64,000 nt of DNA from Minisyncoccota bacterium (lineage in GTDB: Bacteria; Patescibacteriota; Minisyncoccia; Phycocordibacterales; UBA2100). The stretch lies in the NCBI GenBank assembly GCA_035500505.1, contig DATJXE010000004.1, positions 126,977-190,976 of the forward strand. Direction: 5' to 3'. The translations under genes were made by a program, and so were the position numbers. Position 1 is the first letter of the stretch; the number at the start of each line of letters is the position of its first letter. Of the stretch, positions 1-9,701 are shown piece by piece. The notes below the pieces were generated by a model. It saw only the letters and a program-made list of their open reading frames with translations, searched no databases and was not told where the DNA came from.

Positions 1-401
1 AGCTTGCCCGATGGCTTCAAGATGCGGTGCGCCTCGGCAAGCACGGCGTTCTTGTCTTCCACTTGGAAGAGAAGATTGGAAATGAGGACGACGTCGAGCG
101 ATTCCTTGGCGATCTTGGAACCTTTTGGTTTCTCCAGATCGGCCCAGAGTATCTTGAGATTGGTGATGCCGCGTTTCTGCGCTTCGTTGTGAATGCGACG
201 CAAAAGATCTTGTTGAACATCGATGGCGAAGAGGTGTCCCGAATTCGCGAGCGTCCTGGCGATAGGCCAAATGTATGCGCCGGATCCCGCACCGAAATCG
301 GCGACCGACATACCCGGTTGAATGGCGAGCAACGAGGCGTTGCCCTCCGGCTGTGCGAACCCTGCCGTATCCGGCACGAAATGGTGTGCAGTGTGCTGCA
401 T
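1..401 (-). CDS. class I SAM-dependent methyltransferase, C-terminally truncated by the window edge
   Basis: Minus-strand translation from ATG at 399-401 gives MQHTAHHFVPD...VADFGAGSGAY...LKPSGKL (SAM-binding motif I DFGAGSG); the ORF runs off the window start and is not in the ORF track. Confidence 0.6.
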   Translation of the reverse strand, partial: MQHTAHHFVPDTAGFAQPEGNASLLAIQPGMSVADFGAGSGAYIWPIARTLANSGHLFAIDVQQDLLRRIHNEAQKRGITNLKILWADLEKPKGSKIAKESLDVVLISNLLFQVEDKNAVLAEAHRILKPSGK

Positions 402-448
402 CAAGACAATTATATAGCAAACGGCGGCGCCTTGGCGCCGCCGCAATC

Positions 449-808
449 TCATACTGTGGGCAGTCCGTTCTCCGCGACGCGAGCCTGCCAGAGCTTCCGC
501 ATGTTATCCATAAGACGCGAAAGGTCCGCTCGGTCCGAGACATTGTTGATCAAGAACAACGCCTCTTCAACGTGTTGGGTGCAGATCGCCGATCTACCGT
601 CCGTTGCGAACTCCAGGTTTGGGTGCGTGCGTTTTGTCCGACCGCAAAAGCAGCACGGAATGTCGCGCGCCTTCGGATCGCGCTCGATGACGATAAGGGG
701 CTTGTTATCGTTAGCTGTCGCATGTTCCATGCTGGACTCCGTTCGTATGCCACACCCGTAGTACGCCAGCTCGCTTCTCCAGTCAAGCCTCTCCCGTCTC
801 TGTTCCAA
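449..808 (-). CDS. small zinc-ribbon-like hypothetical protein; start may be internal at about 730
   Basis: ORF contains CCFCGRTKR...AICTQHV (CxxC...C..H), resembling ClpX-type zinc-binding N-domains; overlaps gyrA stop by 25 nt. Confidence 0.3.
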   Translation of the reverse strand: MEQRRERLDWRSELAYYGCGIRTESSMEHATANDNKPLIVIERDPKARDIPCCFCGRTKRTHPNLEFATDGRSAICTQHVEEALFLINNVSDRADLSRLMDNMRKLWQARVAENGLPTV

Positions 809-3278
809 ACACGACGAACGACGCGACCGAATCCCCTTCCCGCAGTTTCATGACGCGCACGCCCTGGGTCGCGCGGCCGGAACTTCGAATTTCATCGAGG
901 CCGGTGCGGATGGTCTGTGATTTCTTGGACATCGCAACGAGTTCGCCGCCGCCCATGACGACCGCCGCGCCGATGAGCTGCTTCGTTTTTGCCGTGATGG
1001 ACATCGTTTTGATGCCGCTCCCCCCGCGGCCCTGCTGCTTGTATTCCGAAAGCGGGGTCTTTTTGCCATAGCCCGTCGAGGAAAGCACGAGCAGTTCTGC
1101 GTCCTTCGCGCCTTTCGGAATGACGCTGCTACCGACGATCGTGTCCCCACTCTTCAACTTCATCCCGCGCACGCCGCCAGCCGGGCGGCCCATTTCGCGT
1201 ACGTCTTCAGCAAGGAATCTAATTGACTGCCCCTTAGCGGTCGTCATGATGACGTCATCGCCTTTGTGCACGAACTGTGCGGTGATGAGCGCATCGCCTT
1301 TGTCGAGGCCTATCGCGATGAGGCCCGAGCGGCGCACTTCGTAGAAATTCTTCGCCGCGACGCGCTTCACCGTGCCGTTCCTCGTCGCCATGAAAAGCGA
1401 GAGCCCTTCAACGACTTTCTTTTCTTTCGGCATGGCAAGTATCGAGGTTATCTGCTCGCCCTGCTCGAGCGAGATGAAATTCATGATGGATTTGCCCTTC
1501 GTTGCACGCCTGCCTTCGGGCAGCTCATACATTTTCAATTGGTAGACCTTGCCGCGGTCGGAGAAAAAGAGAAGGTCGGAGTGGGCGCTCGCGGTCAGGA
1601 ATTGCGTGACGAAATCCTCTTCCTTGGTGTCGAGGTCGACGACGCCCACGCCGCCGCGGCGCTGCCTGCGATATTCCTGCGGGTTGGTACGCTTGATGTA
1701 CCCGCCCTGCGTGAGTACGAGCACGTAATCGTCGTCGGCAACAAGGTCTTCGGCGCTCAAGATGGTCGCACCCTTTTTGACGATCTTCGTGCGACGCTCG
1801 TCGCCGTATTTCTCGACAACTTCGCGGATCTCCTTCTTGATAAGGTCCATCAGCTTCTTCGGGCTTTTCAAAAGCGCTTCTAATTCCTCGATGAGGGCCT
1901 GTACTTCCTTCAATTCGTCCTCTATCTTCTTGCGCTCGAGGCCGGCAAGTTTCTGGAGGCGCATGTCGAGAATGGCATTGGCCTGACGCTCGGAGAATTT
2001 GAACTTCGCCATCAACTGCTTGCGCGCATCATCGACATCTTTCGACTTCTTGATGAGCGCGATTATCTCGTCGATGTGGTCAAGCGCTTTCTTGAGGCCG
2101 AGCAATATGTGCTCGCGCTCTTTCGCCTTGGCAAGGTCGAACTGCGTGCGTTTCGTCACGACCTCTTTGCGGAACTCGATGAAATATTCGAGAAGGGCTT
2201 TCAACGAAAGCGTCTGCGGCACGCCGTCGACGAGCGCGACGACGTTGTAGTGGAAGGCTTCCTCGAGCTGCGTGTGCTTGTACAGGTAGTTGAGTACCGT
2301 CTGCGGGTTGGCGTTGTTCTTAAGTTCGATGACGATGCGGATGTCCTTGGTGCTCTCGTCGCGTATGTCGCGGATGCCCTCGAGCTTTTTCTCGTGCACC
2401 AAATCGGCGACCTTCGTGAGAAGGTCTGACTTGTTCACGCGGAACGGGATCGAGGTGACGATTATCTGGTAGTCGCCCTTTTTGCCTTCCGTTATTTCCG
2501 CGTTGCCGCGCACGACGACGGGGCCGCGGCCGGTCGCGTAGGCATGCGCGATGTCTTTCTGGTTGAACGCGATGCAGCCGGTCGGAAAATCCGGGCCCTG
2601 TACGAACTGCAAAAGATCTTCGGTCGCAGCGTCGGGATTTTCGATGAGGTGGATGGCGGCGTCGCACACTTCGCGCAGGTTGTGCGGCGGAATGTTGGTC
2701 GCCATGCCGACCGCGATGCCAAGCGTCCCGTTCAAAAGAAGATTCGGGATGGCCGCCGGCAGGACGCTCGGCTCTTTTTTGGTGTTGTCGTAATTCGAGG
2801 TGAACGCGACCGTTTCTTTGTCGATATCTCGGAGCATTTCTCCTGCAAGCCGCGACATTTTCGCTTCAGTATAACGATATGCCGCCGCGCCATCACCGTC
2901 GATGGAACCGAAGTTGCCCTGCCCGATGATAAGCGGGTAACGCATCGTAAAATCCTGCGCCATTTTCACCATCGCGTCGTACACGGAGGCGTCGCCGTGC
3001 GGGTGATATTTACCCAAGACGTCGCCGACGACAGTAGCCGACTTTTTCGTTTTGGCCGAAACGGTGAGTCCGGCCTCCTGCATCGCGTAGAGAATTCTGC
3101 GGTGCACGGGCTTCAGGCCGTCGCGCACATCAGGCAAAGCGCGCGCAGTGATGACGGACATCGCGTAGTCGAGATATGACTCACGCATCTCCGTTGAGAT
3201 GGAACGCGACACCACATTCACATGAGGCCCCTTTGGGGCCTCAGAATCGGGCTTTTTCTCGTCCTTTTTCGCTGCCAT
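783..3278 (-). CDS. gyrA: DNA gyrase subunit A
   Basis: 831 aa; N-terminal ...[27 protein letters not shown]... with catalytic Tyr region and C-terminal beta-pinwheel repeats. Confidence 0.95.
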   Translation of the reverse strand: MAAKKDEKKPDSEAPKGPHVNVVSRSISTEMRESYLDYAMSVITARALPDVRDGLKPVHRRILYAMQEAGLTVSAKTKKSATVVGDVLGKYHPHGDASVYDAMVKMAQDFTMRYPLIIGQGNFGSIDGDGAAAYRYTEAKMSRLAGEMLRDIDKETVAFTSNYDNTKKEPSVLPAAIPNLLLNGTLGIAVGMATNIPPHNLREVCDAAIHLIENPDAATEDLLQFVQGPDFPTGCIAFNQKDIAHAYATGRGPVVVRGNAEITEGKKGDYQIIVTSIPFRVNKSDLLTKVADLVHEKKLEGIRDIRDESTKDIRIVIELKNNANPQTVLNYLYKHTQLEEAFHYNVVALVDGVPQTLSLKALLEYFIEFRKEVVTKRTQFDLAKAKEREHILLGLKKALDHIDEIIALIKKSKDVDDARKQLMAKFKFSERQANAILDMRLQKLAGLERKKIEDELKEVQALIEELEALLKSPKKLMDLIKKEIREVVEKYGDERRTKIVKKGATILSAEDLVADDDYVLVLTQGGYIKRTNPQEYRRQRRGGVGVVDLDTKEEDFVTQFLTASAHSDLLFFSDRGKVYQLKMYELPEGRRATKGKSIMNFISLEQGEQITSILAMPKEKKVVEGLSLFMATRNGTVKRVAAKNFYEVRRSGLIAIGLDKGDALITAQFVHKGDDVIMTTAKGQSIRFLAEDVREMGRPAGGVRGMKLKSGDTIVGSSVIPKGAKDAELLVLSSTGYGKKTPLSEYKQQGRGGSGIKTMSITAKTKQLIGAAVVMGGGELVAMSKKSQTIRTGLDEIRSSGRATQGVRVMKLREGDSVASFVVFGTETGEA

Positions 3279-3434
3279 ATGTGCTCAAATTATACCAAAA
3301 ATGAGACATGAAATCCAGTCAAAAATGGCTCTACTTCGGCACAAATATTTACTTGACTCTTCTTGTTTTGAGTTGCATTATTCTAATCAGCGACATCGAT
3401 ACGGTGTTCGCGAGGCCATGAATGGAGGTTTTTC

Positions 3435-3779
3435 ATGCCCGAAGATACCAAAGCTCCTCTTAAGTACTACCCCGTTCTTGCGCGCATCTTGCTGCTACTC
3501 GGCGGACTGCCCATGGTTACGTTTCGTACCAGCGTTGTTACGGCGCGAAACCTGACGATTAACAACGATCTGATCCACAGATTCGTCACGGAATACAAGG
3601 GCCCTTCGCATAGCAGTTGCGAGAACGAGCATTACGTCGGGTTTTACCGTGACAAATCTTTGGAAGCCTTGGAACGCAAGGCGAGAAAGTTAAAACGGTT
3701 CAAGAACCAGACGTTCGAGCCCGTGGTGGAAATCGAGATCGACTTGCGCGGCGTGATGCCGACCCTGGTCGATGGATAA
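3435..3779 (+). CDS. hypothetical protein (114 aa)
   Basis: GGAGG 7 nt upstream of ATG; followed by hairpin terminator; lower-GC than surroundings. Confidence 0.45.
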   Translation: MPEDTKAPLKYYPVLARILLLLGGLPMVTFRTSVVTARNLTINNDLIHRFVTEYKGPSHSSCENEHYVGFYRDKSLEALERKARKLKRFKNQTFEPVVEIEIDLRGVMPTLVDG

Positions 3780-3789
3780 AAACATACAC

Positions 3790-3826
3790 GCCACCGAGGT
3801 TTAGCCTCGGTGGCGGCTGTTTTTAT
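3790..3826. terminator. bidirectional intrinsic terminator (GCCACCGAGG-loop-CCTCGGTGGC followed by T-run)
   Basis: Perfect 10-bp inverted repeat followed by GCTGTTTTTATT; lies between convergent genes 3435..3779(+) and 3823..4071(-). Confidence 0.6.
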
Positions 3827-4071
3827 TGAGATTGCGTGGAGGTCAGGTACTGGGTCGACGAGGCGTAGGCTTGCGAGAGGCCGTTGGGGTTCAAACTGTT
3901 GACCGCGCTTTGAAAATCCGGCGCGGGAGCCTGCGTGATGCTCTGGAAAAAATAGACGACCCAGCCGATGAAGAGAACCACGACGACGACTATCGCGATC
4001 CACCCCGCTATCGCCATGCGATCTTCGCGTGAGCGCGTGCGCAACTTGTTGAGCGTTCTGCGGACCACCAT
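3823..4071 (-). CDS. small membrane protein (1 TM)
   Basis: Hydrophobic stretch IAGWIAIVVVVVLFIGWVVYFF; immediately upstream and same strand as 4073..4693. Confidence 0.4.
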   Translation of the reverse strand: MVVRRTLNKLRTRSREDRMAIAGWIAIVVVVVLFIGWVVYFFQSITQAPAPDFQSAVNSLNPNGLSQAYASSTQYLTSTQSQ

Positions 4072-4072
4072 C

Positions 4073-4693
4073 CTACGATTGTAACACTACGACGTCGCCC
4101 TCTTTCCCGACGAGGTCGCGTAACTTCACGGTCAGTTTTTCCACCGGCTTCACCCCTTCGTCTCCCGCTTCTTTCAAAAATTGCTTGAGTGTTTTGTCGT
4201 CGTAGAGAATGGGAATGATGACTTTCGGCTCGAGCTTCACCGCGAGCTTCGCGGCCTCGGCCGGGGAAAGCGTTCCCTGTCCGCCAATGGGCGTGATGAG
4301 AATGTCCGGAGAATCCATCTCGAAGACGTCCTTCGGTAGTTCCGCGCTGCCGAGCGCGCCGAGGTAGAGTACGTTCATGCCGTCGAACGTGAGTGCGAAG
4401 ACGGTGTTGATGCGCTCCTCCCCGCCGTATTTCGACTTCGAGGGAAACCCGGCTGCCGTGACCTCCTTTATCTCATACTCGCCCGGTCCAAAAACGACGA
4501 ACGGCTTTTTGTCCCCACGACTGGCCTCTTCAGCACCGTTCATGTCGGGATTGTTGAGCGAGATGAACGCGACGTCGGCACCGAAATTCGCCGCTTTGAA
4601 GTTCTTGGATTTCTTCGAAACGGGCGAAAACACTAGCGTCGTATCTCCTGCCTGTGCCCGCACGCACGCGCCTTCGTGAAATGTCAGTATCAT
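4073..4693 (-). CDS. metallo-beta-lactamase-fold hydrolase (UlaG/L-ascorbate-metabolism-like)
   Basis: Starts MILTFHEGACVRAQAGDTTLVF (typical MBL-fold beginning) with later LITPIGG and DVAFISLNNPD segments; alternative start at 4726. Confidence 0.55.
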   Translation of the reverse strand: MILTFHEGACVRAQAGDTTLVFSPVSKKSKNFKAANFGADVAFISLNNPDMNGAEEASRGDKKPFVVFGPGEYEIKEVTAAGFPSKSKYGGEERINTVFALTFDGMNVLYLGALGSAELPKDVFEMDSPDILITPIGGQGTLSPAEAAKLAVKLEPKVIIPILYDDKTLKQFLKEAGDEGVKPVEKLTVKLRDLVGKEGDVVVLQS

Positions 4694-4839
4694 GGGCGCG
4701 ATTGTACCATTTTTTGTTGTATCCACATCTCATTTGACACACCGTGCATCTGGTTGCATGATGCAAGGACACCTCCGCCCAAGGATCGTTCTGAGTAGGG
4801 ACGAGGAGGTGAGAATAATTCTCAAGAAAGGAAGTGGCG

Positions 4840-5211
4840 ATGAAGCAAGCACGCTTCGGCTTGATCCTGGCCGCAGGATTACTGGCCACGTGCCCGGCGT
4901 TCGGGCAAAGTGACCCGTGCGTTCCCAACAAAACGTACGTGGTCATCGAAAACGGCAAACTTTACGCCGACGCGATAGTTCCGCTTGGGTGCTCGAGGGT
5001 CCGCGCCATGGAAATCGCGATCGATGCGGTGTTTAGTGAATTGAAAGATCGCATCGCGGAGCAAGTGAAGCCGTCCACCCAACAGATGATCAAGACGGAA
5101 CACGAGCAGTTCAAGGGTTTCGCGAACTGCACGCTGGGCCAACCCGTCGGCGACGGATGCCCGTCGCCACAAGGACCGGAAAAGTTCGTTCCAGCTGGCA
5201 CGCAGCGCTAG
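4840..5211 (+). CDS. secreted hypothetical protein with signal peptide
   Basis: MKQARFGLILAAGLLATCPAFGQ signal-like N-terminus; multiple Cys; GGAAG RBS. Confidence 0.5.
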   Translation: MKQARFGLILAAGLLATCPAFGQSDPCVPNKTYVVIENGKLYADAIVPLGCSRVRAMEIAIDAVFSELKDRIAEQVKPSTQQMIKTEHEQFKGFANCTLGQPVGDGCPSPQGPEKFVPAGTQR

Positions 5212-5231
5212 CGCGTGCCGACAGAGAAAAT

Positions 5232-5268
5232 CCCGGGGCTGCTCAAGCTCCGGGGTTTTTTGTTTTCT
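5232..5268. terminator. bidirectional intrinsic terminator
   Basis: 9-bp stem CCCGGGGCT/AGCTCCGGG, loop GCTCA, then GGTTTTTTGTTTTCTG; mscL stop codon lies inside the hairpin. Confidence 0.6.
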
Positions 5269-5740
5269 GTTGCGACTGACTTTTCAATATGTCGCGGATC
5301 TCGACCAACAGTTTTTCCTCGTTGGAGGTCGGCGGCGAAGGCGGCGTTTGGGCCTCCTGGTGCTGGAAACGCTTGATGACCCCTTGCAGCAATTTGAATA
5401 TCAAGAATATGGAGAGACCGACGATGAGGAAATTGATGGTCGCCTGGATGAGCGCGCCGTAGCCGATGACGAGCGCGGGAGTCGTTGTGCCGTTCACGGT
5501 CGTCGCCGATCGAATGGTATAGCCGAGCGCGCCGAAATTCACGTTCCCCGTCAAAAGGGAGATGAACGGCGTAATGATGTTGTTGACGAGCGAGTTGACG
5601 ATAGCGCCGAAGGAGCTGCCCAAGACGACACCTATCGCAAGCTGGATGGCGTTGCCCTTGGCGGCGAACGCCCAAAATTCGCTGAAAAAGCCGCCTATTT
5701 TATTTCCGACCCGTCTTTCCATGCTCATGAAATCGATCAT
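5243..5740 (-). CDS. mscL: large-conductance mechanosensitive channel
   Basis: GNAIQLAIGVVLGSSFGAIVNSLVNNIITP matches the MscL TM1 signature; 165 aa. Confidence 0.85.
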   Translation of the reverse strand: MIDFMSMERRVGNKIGGFFSEFWAFAAKGNAIQLAIGVVLGSSFGAIVNSLVNNIITPFISLLTGNVNFGALGYTIRSATTVNGTTTPALVIGYGALIQATINFLIVGLSIFLIFKLLQGVIKRFQHQEAQTPPSPPTSNEEKLLVEIRDILKSQSQQKTKNPGA

Positions 5741-5882
5741 ACCACGTAGGGACGACGCTTGCGCCCAGGCACTCTTTCCTATATATTGTGCGAGCCCGAC
5801 GTGGGCATTATTTATTACTATTCCGGTAACACTTCCCTGCCCTCAGTCACGGTAGCGTAAGCAGGATAGTCCGGAGCACACA

Positions 5883-7007
5883 ATGGCAACAGCAGAAATA
5901 GAAAAGAACATACTCGCCGAAACGGAACACGAGGAACCGACGACACCAGCAGCCTCCGGCCCCATGGAGGAGCTTTTGAGGAACGCGCCGCAGGCGCCTT
6001 CGCTCGACGACGTCGTCGAAGGCCCAGTCGTCGCGGTCGGCCGCGCAAAGGTCTACATCGACCTGCCTCCTTTCGGTACCGGCATCATTTACGGACGCGA
6101 ATACCTCTCGGCGCGCGAGGCCCTGAAGAACGTGCACCTTGGCGACATGGTCACGGCGAAAGTCGTCGGCCTTGAGAATGAAGAGGGCTACATCGAGCTG
6201 TCACTCCGCGAGGCCCGCGCGGCCTTGATGTGGAACGAGGCCGAACAGGCGCTCCAGAAAAAGACGGTCTTTGAACTCCCTATCACCGACGCCAACAAAG
6301 GCGGGCTCATCGTGCACTGGCAAGGCATCCAAGGATTCTTGCCTGCATCACAACTTTCTGCCGCGCACTACCCGCGCGTGCCGGACGGCGACAAGGACAA
6401 GATCTTCCTGGAGCTCAAGAAGTTGATAGGCCAGAAACTCGAGATGGTCATCATCACCGCTTCCCCCAAAGAGCAGAAGCTCATCTTCGGCGAAAAGGGC
6501 GCGGGGCAGTCTGAGCGCTCGACGTTGGTCGGCAAGTACCACGTCGGCGACGTCCTCGAAGGCGTCGTGACCGGCGCGACCGAGTTCGGCGTCTTCGTAA
6601 AATTGGAAGAAGGACTCGAAGGGCTCGTGCACATTTCGGAAATGGACTGGGCGCTCGTCGAGAATCCGAAGACGCGCTACAAGCAGGGCGAGCACGTCAA
6701 GGTGAAGGTCATCGAAATAAAGGACGACAAGATCTCGCTTTCCATCAAAGCGCTGCAGGACGATCCGTGGAAAGCCGCGGCCGCGAAATACAAAAAGGAT
6801 CAGAAGGTGGACGCGGTCGTCATCAAGTACAACAAGCACGGCGCGCTCGCTTCCATCGAGGAAGGCGTCGCGGGCTTGGTGCACGTGTCCGAGTTCGGCA
6901 GCGAAGAAGAACTTCGCCAGAAACTCGAACTCGGCAAGGTCTACCCTTTCACCATCACATTCTTCGAGCCGAAGGATAGGCGAATGACATTGAAGCCGGT
7001 TGTGTAA
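5883..7007 (+). CDS. rpsA: S1 RNA-binding domain protein (ribosomal protein S1-like, four S1 repeats)
   Basis: Repeated GxxVxGxVxxIxxFGxFVxL blocks (e.g. GDVLEGVVTGATEFGVFVKLEEGLEGLVHISE); 374 aa is shorter than canonical 6-domain S1. Confidence 0.7.
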   Translation: MATAEIEKNILAETEHEEPTTPAASGPMEELLRNAPQAPSLDDVVEGPVVAVGRAKVYIDLPPFGTGIIYGREYLSAREALKNVHLGDMVTAKVVGLENEEGYIELSLREARAALMWNEAEQALQKKTVFELPITDANKGGLIVHWQGIQGFLPASQLSAAHYPRVPDGDKDKIFLELKKLIGQKLEMVIITASPKEQKLIFGEKGAGQSERSTLVGKYHVGDVLEGVVTGATEFGVFVKLEEGLEGLVHISEMDWALVENPKTRYKQGEHVKVKVIEIKDDKISLSIKALQDDPWKAAAAKYKKDQKVDAVVIKYNKHGALASIEEGVAGLVHVSEFGSEEELRQKLELGKVYPFTITFFEPKDRRMTLKPVV

Positions 7008-7010
7008 AAG

Positions 7011-7241
7011 TTACAGGCCCCAGTCACTCCGTGTGAGGCCCGATTGTCGGACCATGGCATTCAATGTGCGAGGCTTAAAAGTCTTTGAGCCATGGAAAGG
7101 AACTTGTACCTGGTGCAATTTCCCTCCTACACTCCCCACGTAATAATGATGACTTCCTCTTGTGTGGTTTAAATAAAATTTATGTTGCTTGAGCACCGCA
7201 ACCACATCGTAGTAGTTCCAGTTGAACACCCCCTTTGTCAT
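7011..7241 (-). CDS. hicA: HicA-family mRNA interferase toxin
   Basis: ...KQHKFYLNHTRGSHHYY...GKLHQVQVPFHGSKTFKPRTLNAMVRQSGL matches the HicA/YcfA dsRBD-like pattern (GSHxxF...PxHxxKDLxxGTLxxILKQAGL). Confidence 0.75.
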   Translation of the reverse strand: MTKGVFNWNYYDVVAVLKQHKFYLNHTRGSHHYYVGSVGGKLHQVQVPFHGSKTFKPRTLNAMVRQSGLTRSDWGL

Positions 7242-7248
7242 AGCGAGG

Positions 7249-7557
7249 CTATGCGTTAATGGTCGTGTATCCGACTTGGCTTACCGAAATGGGGCTGGCA
7301 ATCGGTTTGTCTGCTTGTAAATCATTCCAAAGGTTCTCATACTCTGCATCCGGTTTTTGATTAAGGGGAGCAACTCTAGACCCTTTTATCTTTGCTTGAG
7401 ATTCAATATAACCTCGTATTGCCTCTTGAAGGTCAAACGCGACAACATCCTTATCATCACCCTCGACAACAAGATTAAACTCCAAAGCCACGCCGTACCA
7501 GGAGTCGCCATCTTTAAAAACTATCCATCTTACCTTTCCTTTTTTGGCTGTATTCAT
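7249..7557 (-). CDS. hicB: HicB-family antitoxin
   Basis: N-terminal WIVFKDGDSWYGVALEFNLVVEGDDKDVVAFDLQEAIRGYIE is typical of the HicB RNase-H-like fold; immediately upstream of hicA on the same strand. Confidence 0.7.
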   Translation of the reverse strand: MNTAKKGKVRWIVFKDGDSWYGVALEFNLVVEGDDKDVVAFDLQEAIRGYIESQAKIKGSRVAPLNQKPDAEYENLWNDLQADKPIASPISVSQVGYTTINA

Positions 7558-7585
7558 AACGCGGCTAGTATACCATATTGACTCT

Positions 7586-7670
7586 CGGAGAGGGAGAGAT
7601 TCGAACTCTCGATGGGTTGCCCCATGCCGGTTTTCGAAACCGGTGCTTTAGACCACTCAGCCACCTCTCC
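7586..7670 (-). tRNA. tRNA-Ser (anticodon CGA)
   Basis: Minus-strand read GGAGAGGTGGCTGAGTGGTCTAAAGCACCGGTTTCGAAAACCGG...GGTTCGAATCTCTCCCTCTCCG: 7-bp acceptor stem, anticodon loop TTCGAAA, long variable arm, T-loop GTTCGAATC; CCA not encoded. Confidence 0.8.
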
Positions 7671-7854
7671 TTCGCGGAGAGCAGAAACTCTCCGCAGCTT
7701 GCATGCAAGTTGCATGTAAGCGATGAGGTTCCCGGAAGGAAACCTCACAAACGATCTGACCGTGCCCAAAAATATCATACTTTCGAACGTCTTGAAAATG
7801 CGCTAGACTATTGCGCATTCACGAGGCTCGCCCTGCGAAGCCTTGGCGAAGCAG

Positions 7855-7926
7855 GGCCCTATCGTCTAGTGGTTAGGACAGCAGCTTTTCAAGCTGTTAA
7901 CTCGGGTTCGATTCCCGATAGGGTCA
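7855..7926 (+). tRNA. tRNA-Glu (anticodon UUC)
   Basis: GGCCCTATCGTCTAGTGGTTAGGACAGCAGCTTTTCAAGCTGT...GGTTCGATTCCCGATAGGGTCA: cloverleaf with anticodon loop TTTTCAA and typical tRNA-Glu D-arm. Confidence 0.85.
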
Positions 7927-7927
7927 C

Positions 7928-8386
7928 ATGAAAAGCACTCACGGACTTCTGGAAAAAAGCGCATTGATTCTCGTCATCCTTATTCCCCTTGCGTTCATCG
8001 CCTACGCGACATGGGGTGGGAATGGAAGCTCGAGTGCGCCGACTTCGCAGGTTCCTACAACGACGTCTTTGCCAACGGCGACCATCTCTTTGAACGATCC
8101 CGCTTCCCTGCCGACGAGTATCGCCGCGGGGCAGTTCGCGTCGTTCTCGTTCACCATAAAGAACACGGGAAGTGTGAGCGGGGAGTTCCCTTACAAAGTG
8201 TCCGTGCAATGGTCGAACGGTGAAAAGGATGTGATAGACGTGAACGTCGCTTCCCTCTCGCCAGGACAATCGACGACTATCCGAGAGAACCTCAAATTTG
8301 AGGTCCCTAACGAGACCGCGCAGGTGACCCTTGCGTTGACGCAAAGCGGGCAGACCGTACAATTCGCGCTTCCGCGGAAACAATGA
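7928..8386 (+). CDS. membrane-anchored secreted protein with CARDB-like beta domain
   Basis: N-terminal TM LILVILIPLAFIAYA, Ser/Thr/Pro linker, then SFTIKNTGSVSGEFPYKVSV...LSPGQSTTI pattern; stop overlaps next start (ATGA). Confidence 0.5.
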   Translation: MKSTHGLLEKSALILVILIPLAFIAYATWGGNGSSSAPTSQVPTTTSLPTATISLNDPASLPTSIAAGQFASFSFTIKNTGSVSGEFPYKVSVQWSNGEKDVIDVNVASLSPGQSTTIRENLKFEVPNETAQVTLALTQSGQTVQFALPRKQ

Positions 8387-9018
8387 AAACGAACCACGCC
8401 AGATCGCTTTCGGTCTTGAAGCGCGACAAGAAGCTCGCGAAGCTCATTAAAAAGCACGGGGCTCCCGACCTCTCGCGCTATCACGCCAATTCCCCTGGCG
8501 TGTTCCAGGCACTCTTACGTTCCATCATCTACCAACAGCTTTCGGGCTACGCAGCGCGCGCGATACATGCTCGCGTGCTCGCTCTCTTTCCGAAGCAGCC
8601 GCCCACACCCAAAGCATTGCTCAAAATTCCTACGAGAAAATTGCGCGCGGCCGGACTCTCGATGCAAAAAGTGGAATACGTGCGCGACCTCGCGCGCAAA
8701 TGCCTCGACGGCACCATCGACCCAAAGAAATTCCCGAAACAATCGAGCCAGGAGATCATCGAACACCTCACTGCCGTGAAGGGCGTGGGCGAGTGGACGG
8801 CGCACATGGTGCTCATTTTCACGCTGCAGCGGCTCGATATTCTACCGACCGGCGATCTTGGCATCAGGAAAGGCTTTCAAAAGGCCTACGGCCTGCGTTC
8901 TCTGCCGACCAAAAAGCAAATGGAAAAGCTCGCCGAGGCGTGGCGCGGGCACGAGTCGGTCGCTTCGTGGTATCTCTGGAGAGCCGCGGATGAAGAGAAA
9001 CGGCCGGTGCGGCAGTAG
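8383..9018 (+). CDS. alkA: DNA-3-methyladenine glycosylase II-like (HhH-GPD family)
   Basis: HhH-GPD hallmarks: LTAVKGVGEWTAHMVLIF...LPTGDLGIRKG; 211 aa. Confidence 0.75.
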   Translation: MKTNHARSLSVLKRDKKLAKLIKKHGAPDLSRYHANSPGVFQALLRSIIYQQLSGYAARAIHARVLALFPKQPPTPKALLKIPTRKLRAAGLSMQKVEYVRDLARKCLDGTIDPKKFPKQSSQEIIEHLTAVKGVGEWTAHMVLIFTLQRLDILPTGDLGIRKGFQKAYGLRSLPTKKQMEKLAEAWRGHESVASWYLWRAADEEKRPVRQ

Positions 9019-9135
9019 CTTCTCAGGAGCGTTTCCTTTTGCGCGAACCTTTCGCCGGTGATGCGGCGGGCTTTTCTGACAGCTCGAGAACGGCAGGCGA
9101 TGCTCCGGAGAAGCTACTGCCGCACCGGCCGAAAC

Positions 9136-9648
9136 CTACTTTTGTGCCGTGAACGTCGTACCGGCGACCGTTCCGTCCATATTGAGGACGATGGTCTCGG
9201 TCTTCAGGTTGAACGTCTTGGTACCGTCGTCAAAGTAGATGAGCGCCTGGTAGGTATCTCCCGCAGTCGTCGCGCGAAGGAGCGGTACCGAAACGCTCTG
9301 CTGTACCCCTGGCGGGAAAAGCGCAGCGCCGAGCGTTTTGCCTTCCGAATCGCGGATGGCGACCCAGCCCTCCTGCGAAAGCGAGAGCGACTGTACCGTG
9401 ATCTCCGTGCCAGCCGGCTGATCAGCGATGGTCAGCGAATTCCCTTGGGCGATCTCGGTTGGATTCTGGACCTGCGTGCCCATGACGGTCGTGGTCGGAA
9501 CGGTTTGATGCGTGGTCGTCCCCATCATCATGTCGTGCTCGGGAGTGTATCCGGCGCGTTCGGTCGTCGTCACGTACCACCCGCCCACCAACACGACGAT
9601 AAGAGCTAGAATTGCGATAATAAGACCCGTTTTGCCCTGTGCGTTCAT
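9136..9648 (-). CDS. membrane-anchored hypothetical protein
   Basis: Start MNAQGKTGLIIAILALIVVLVGGWY (signal anchor); Thr-rich linker; beta-rich C-terminal domain. Confidence 0.45.
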   Translation of the reverse strand: MNAQGKTGLIIAILALIVVLVGGWYVTTTERAGYTPEHDMMMGTTTHQTVPTTTVMGTQVQNPTEIAQGNSLTIADQPAGTEITVQSLSLSQEGWVAIRDSEGKTLGAALFPPGVQQSVSVPLLRATTAGDTYQALIYFDDGTKTFNLKTETIVLNMDGTVAGTTFTAQK

Positions 9649-9701
9649 AAGCCCCCTAGAGTTGATTGATATGCCCCAAGTGTACAGGAATTCCCGATTC
9701 G

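Noticed and set aside
27-853. Plus-strand ORFs 27..761 (244 aa) and 275..853 (192 aa)
   Set aside because: They lie antisense to the convincing minus-strand SAM-methyltransferase (1..401) and gyrA 3' end; arginine/proline-rich high-GC antisense artefacts without motifs.
7700-7850. Possible additional tRNA or small RNA between tRNA-Ser and tRNA-Glu
   Set aside because: No cloverleaf could be folded by eye; only hairpin/palindrome elements are visible (reported separately at low interest).
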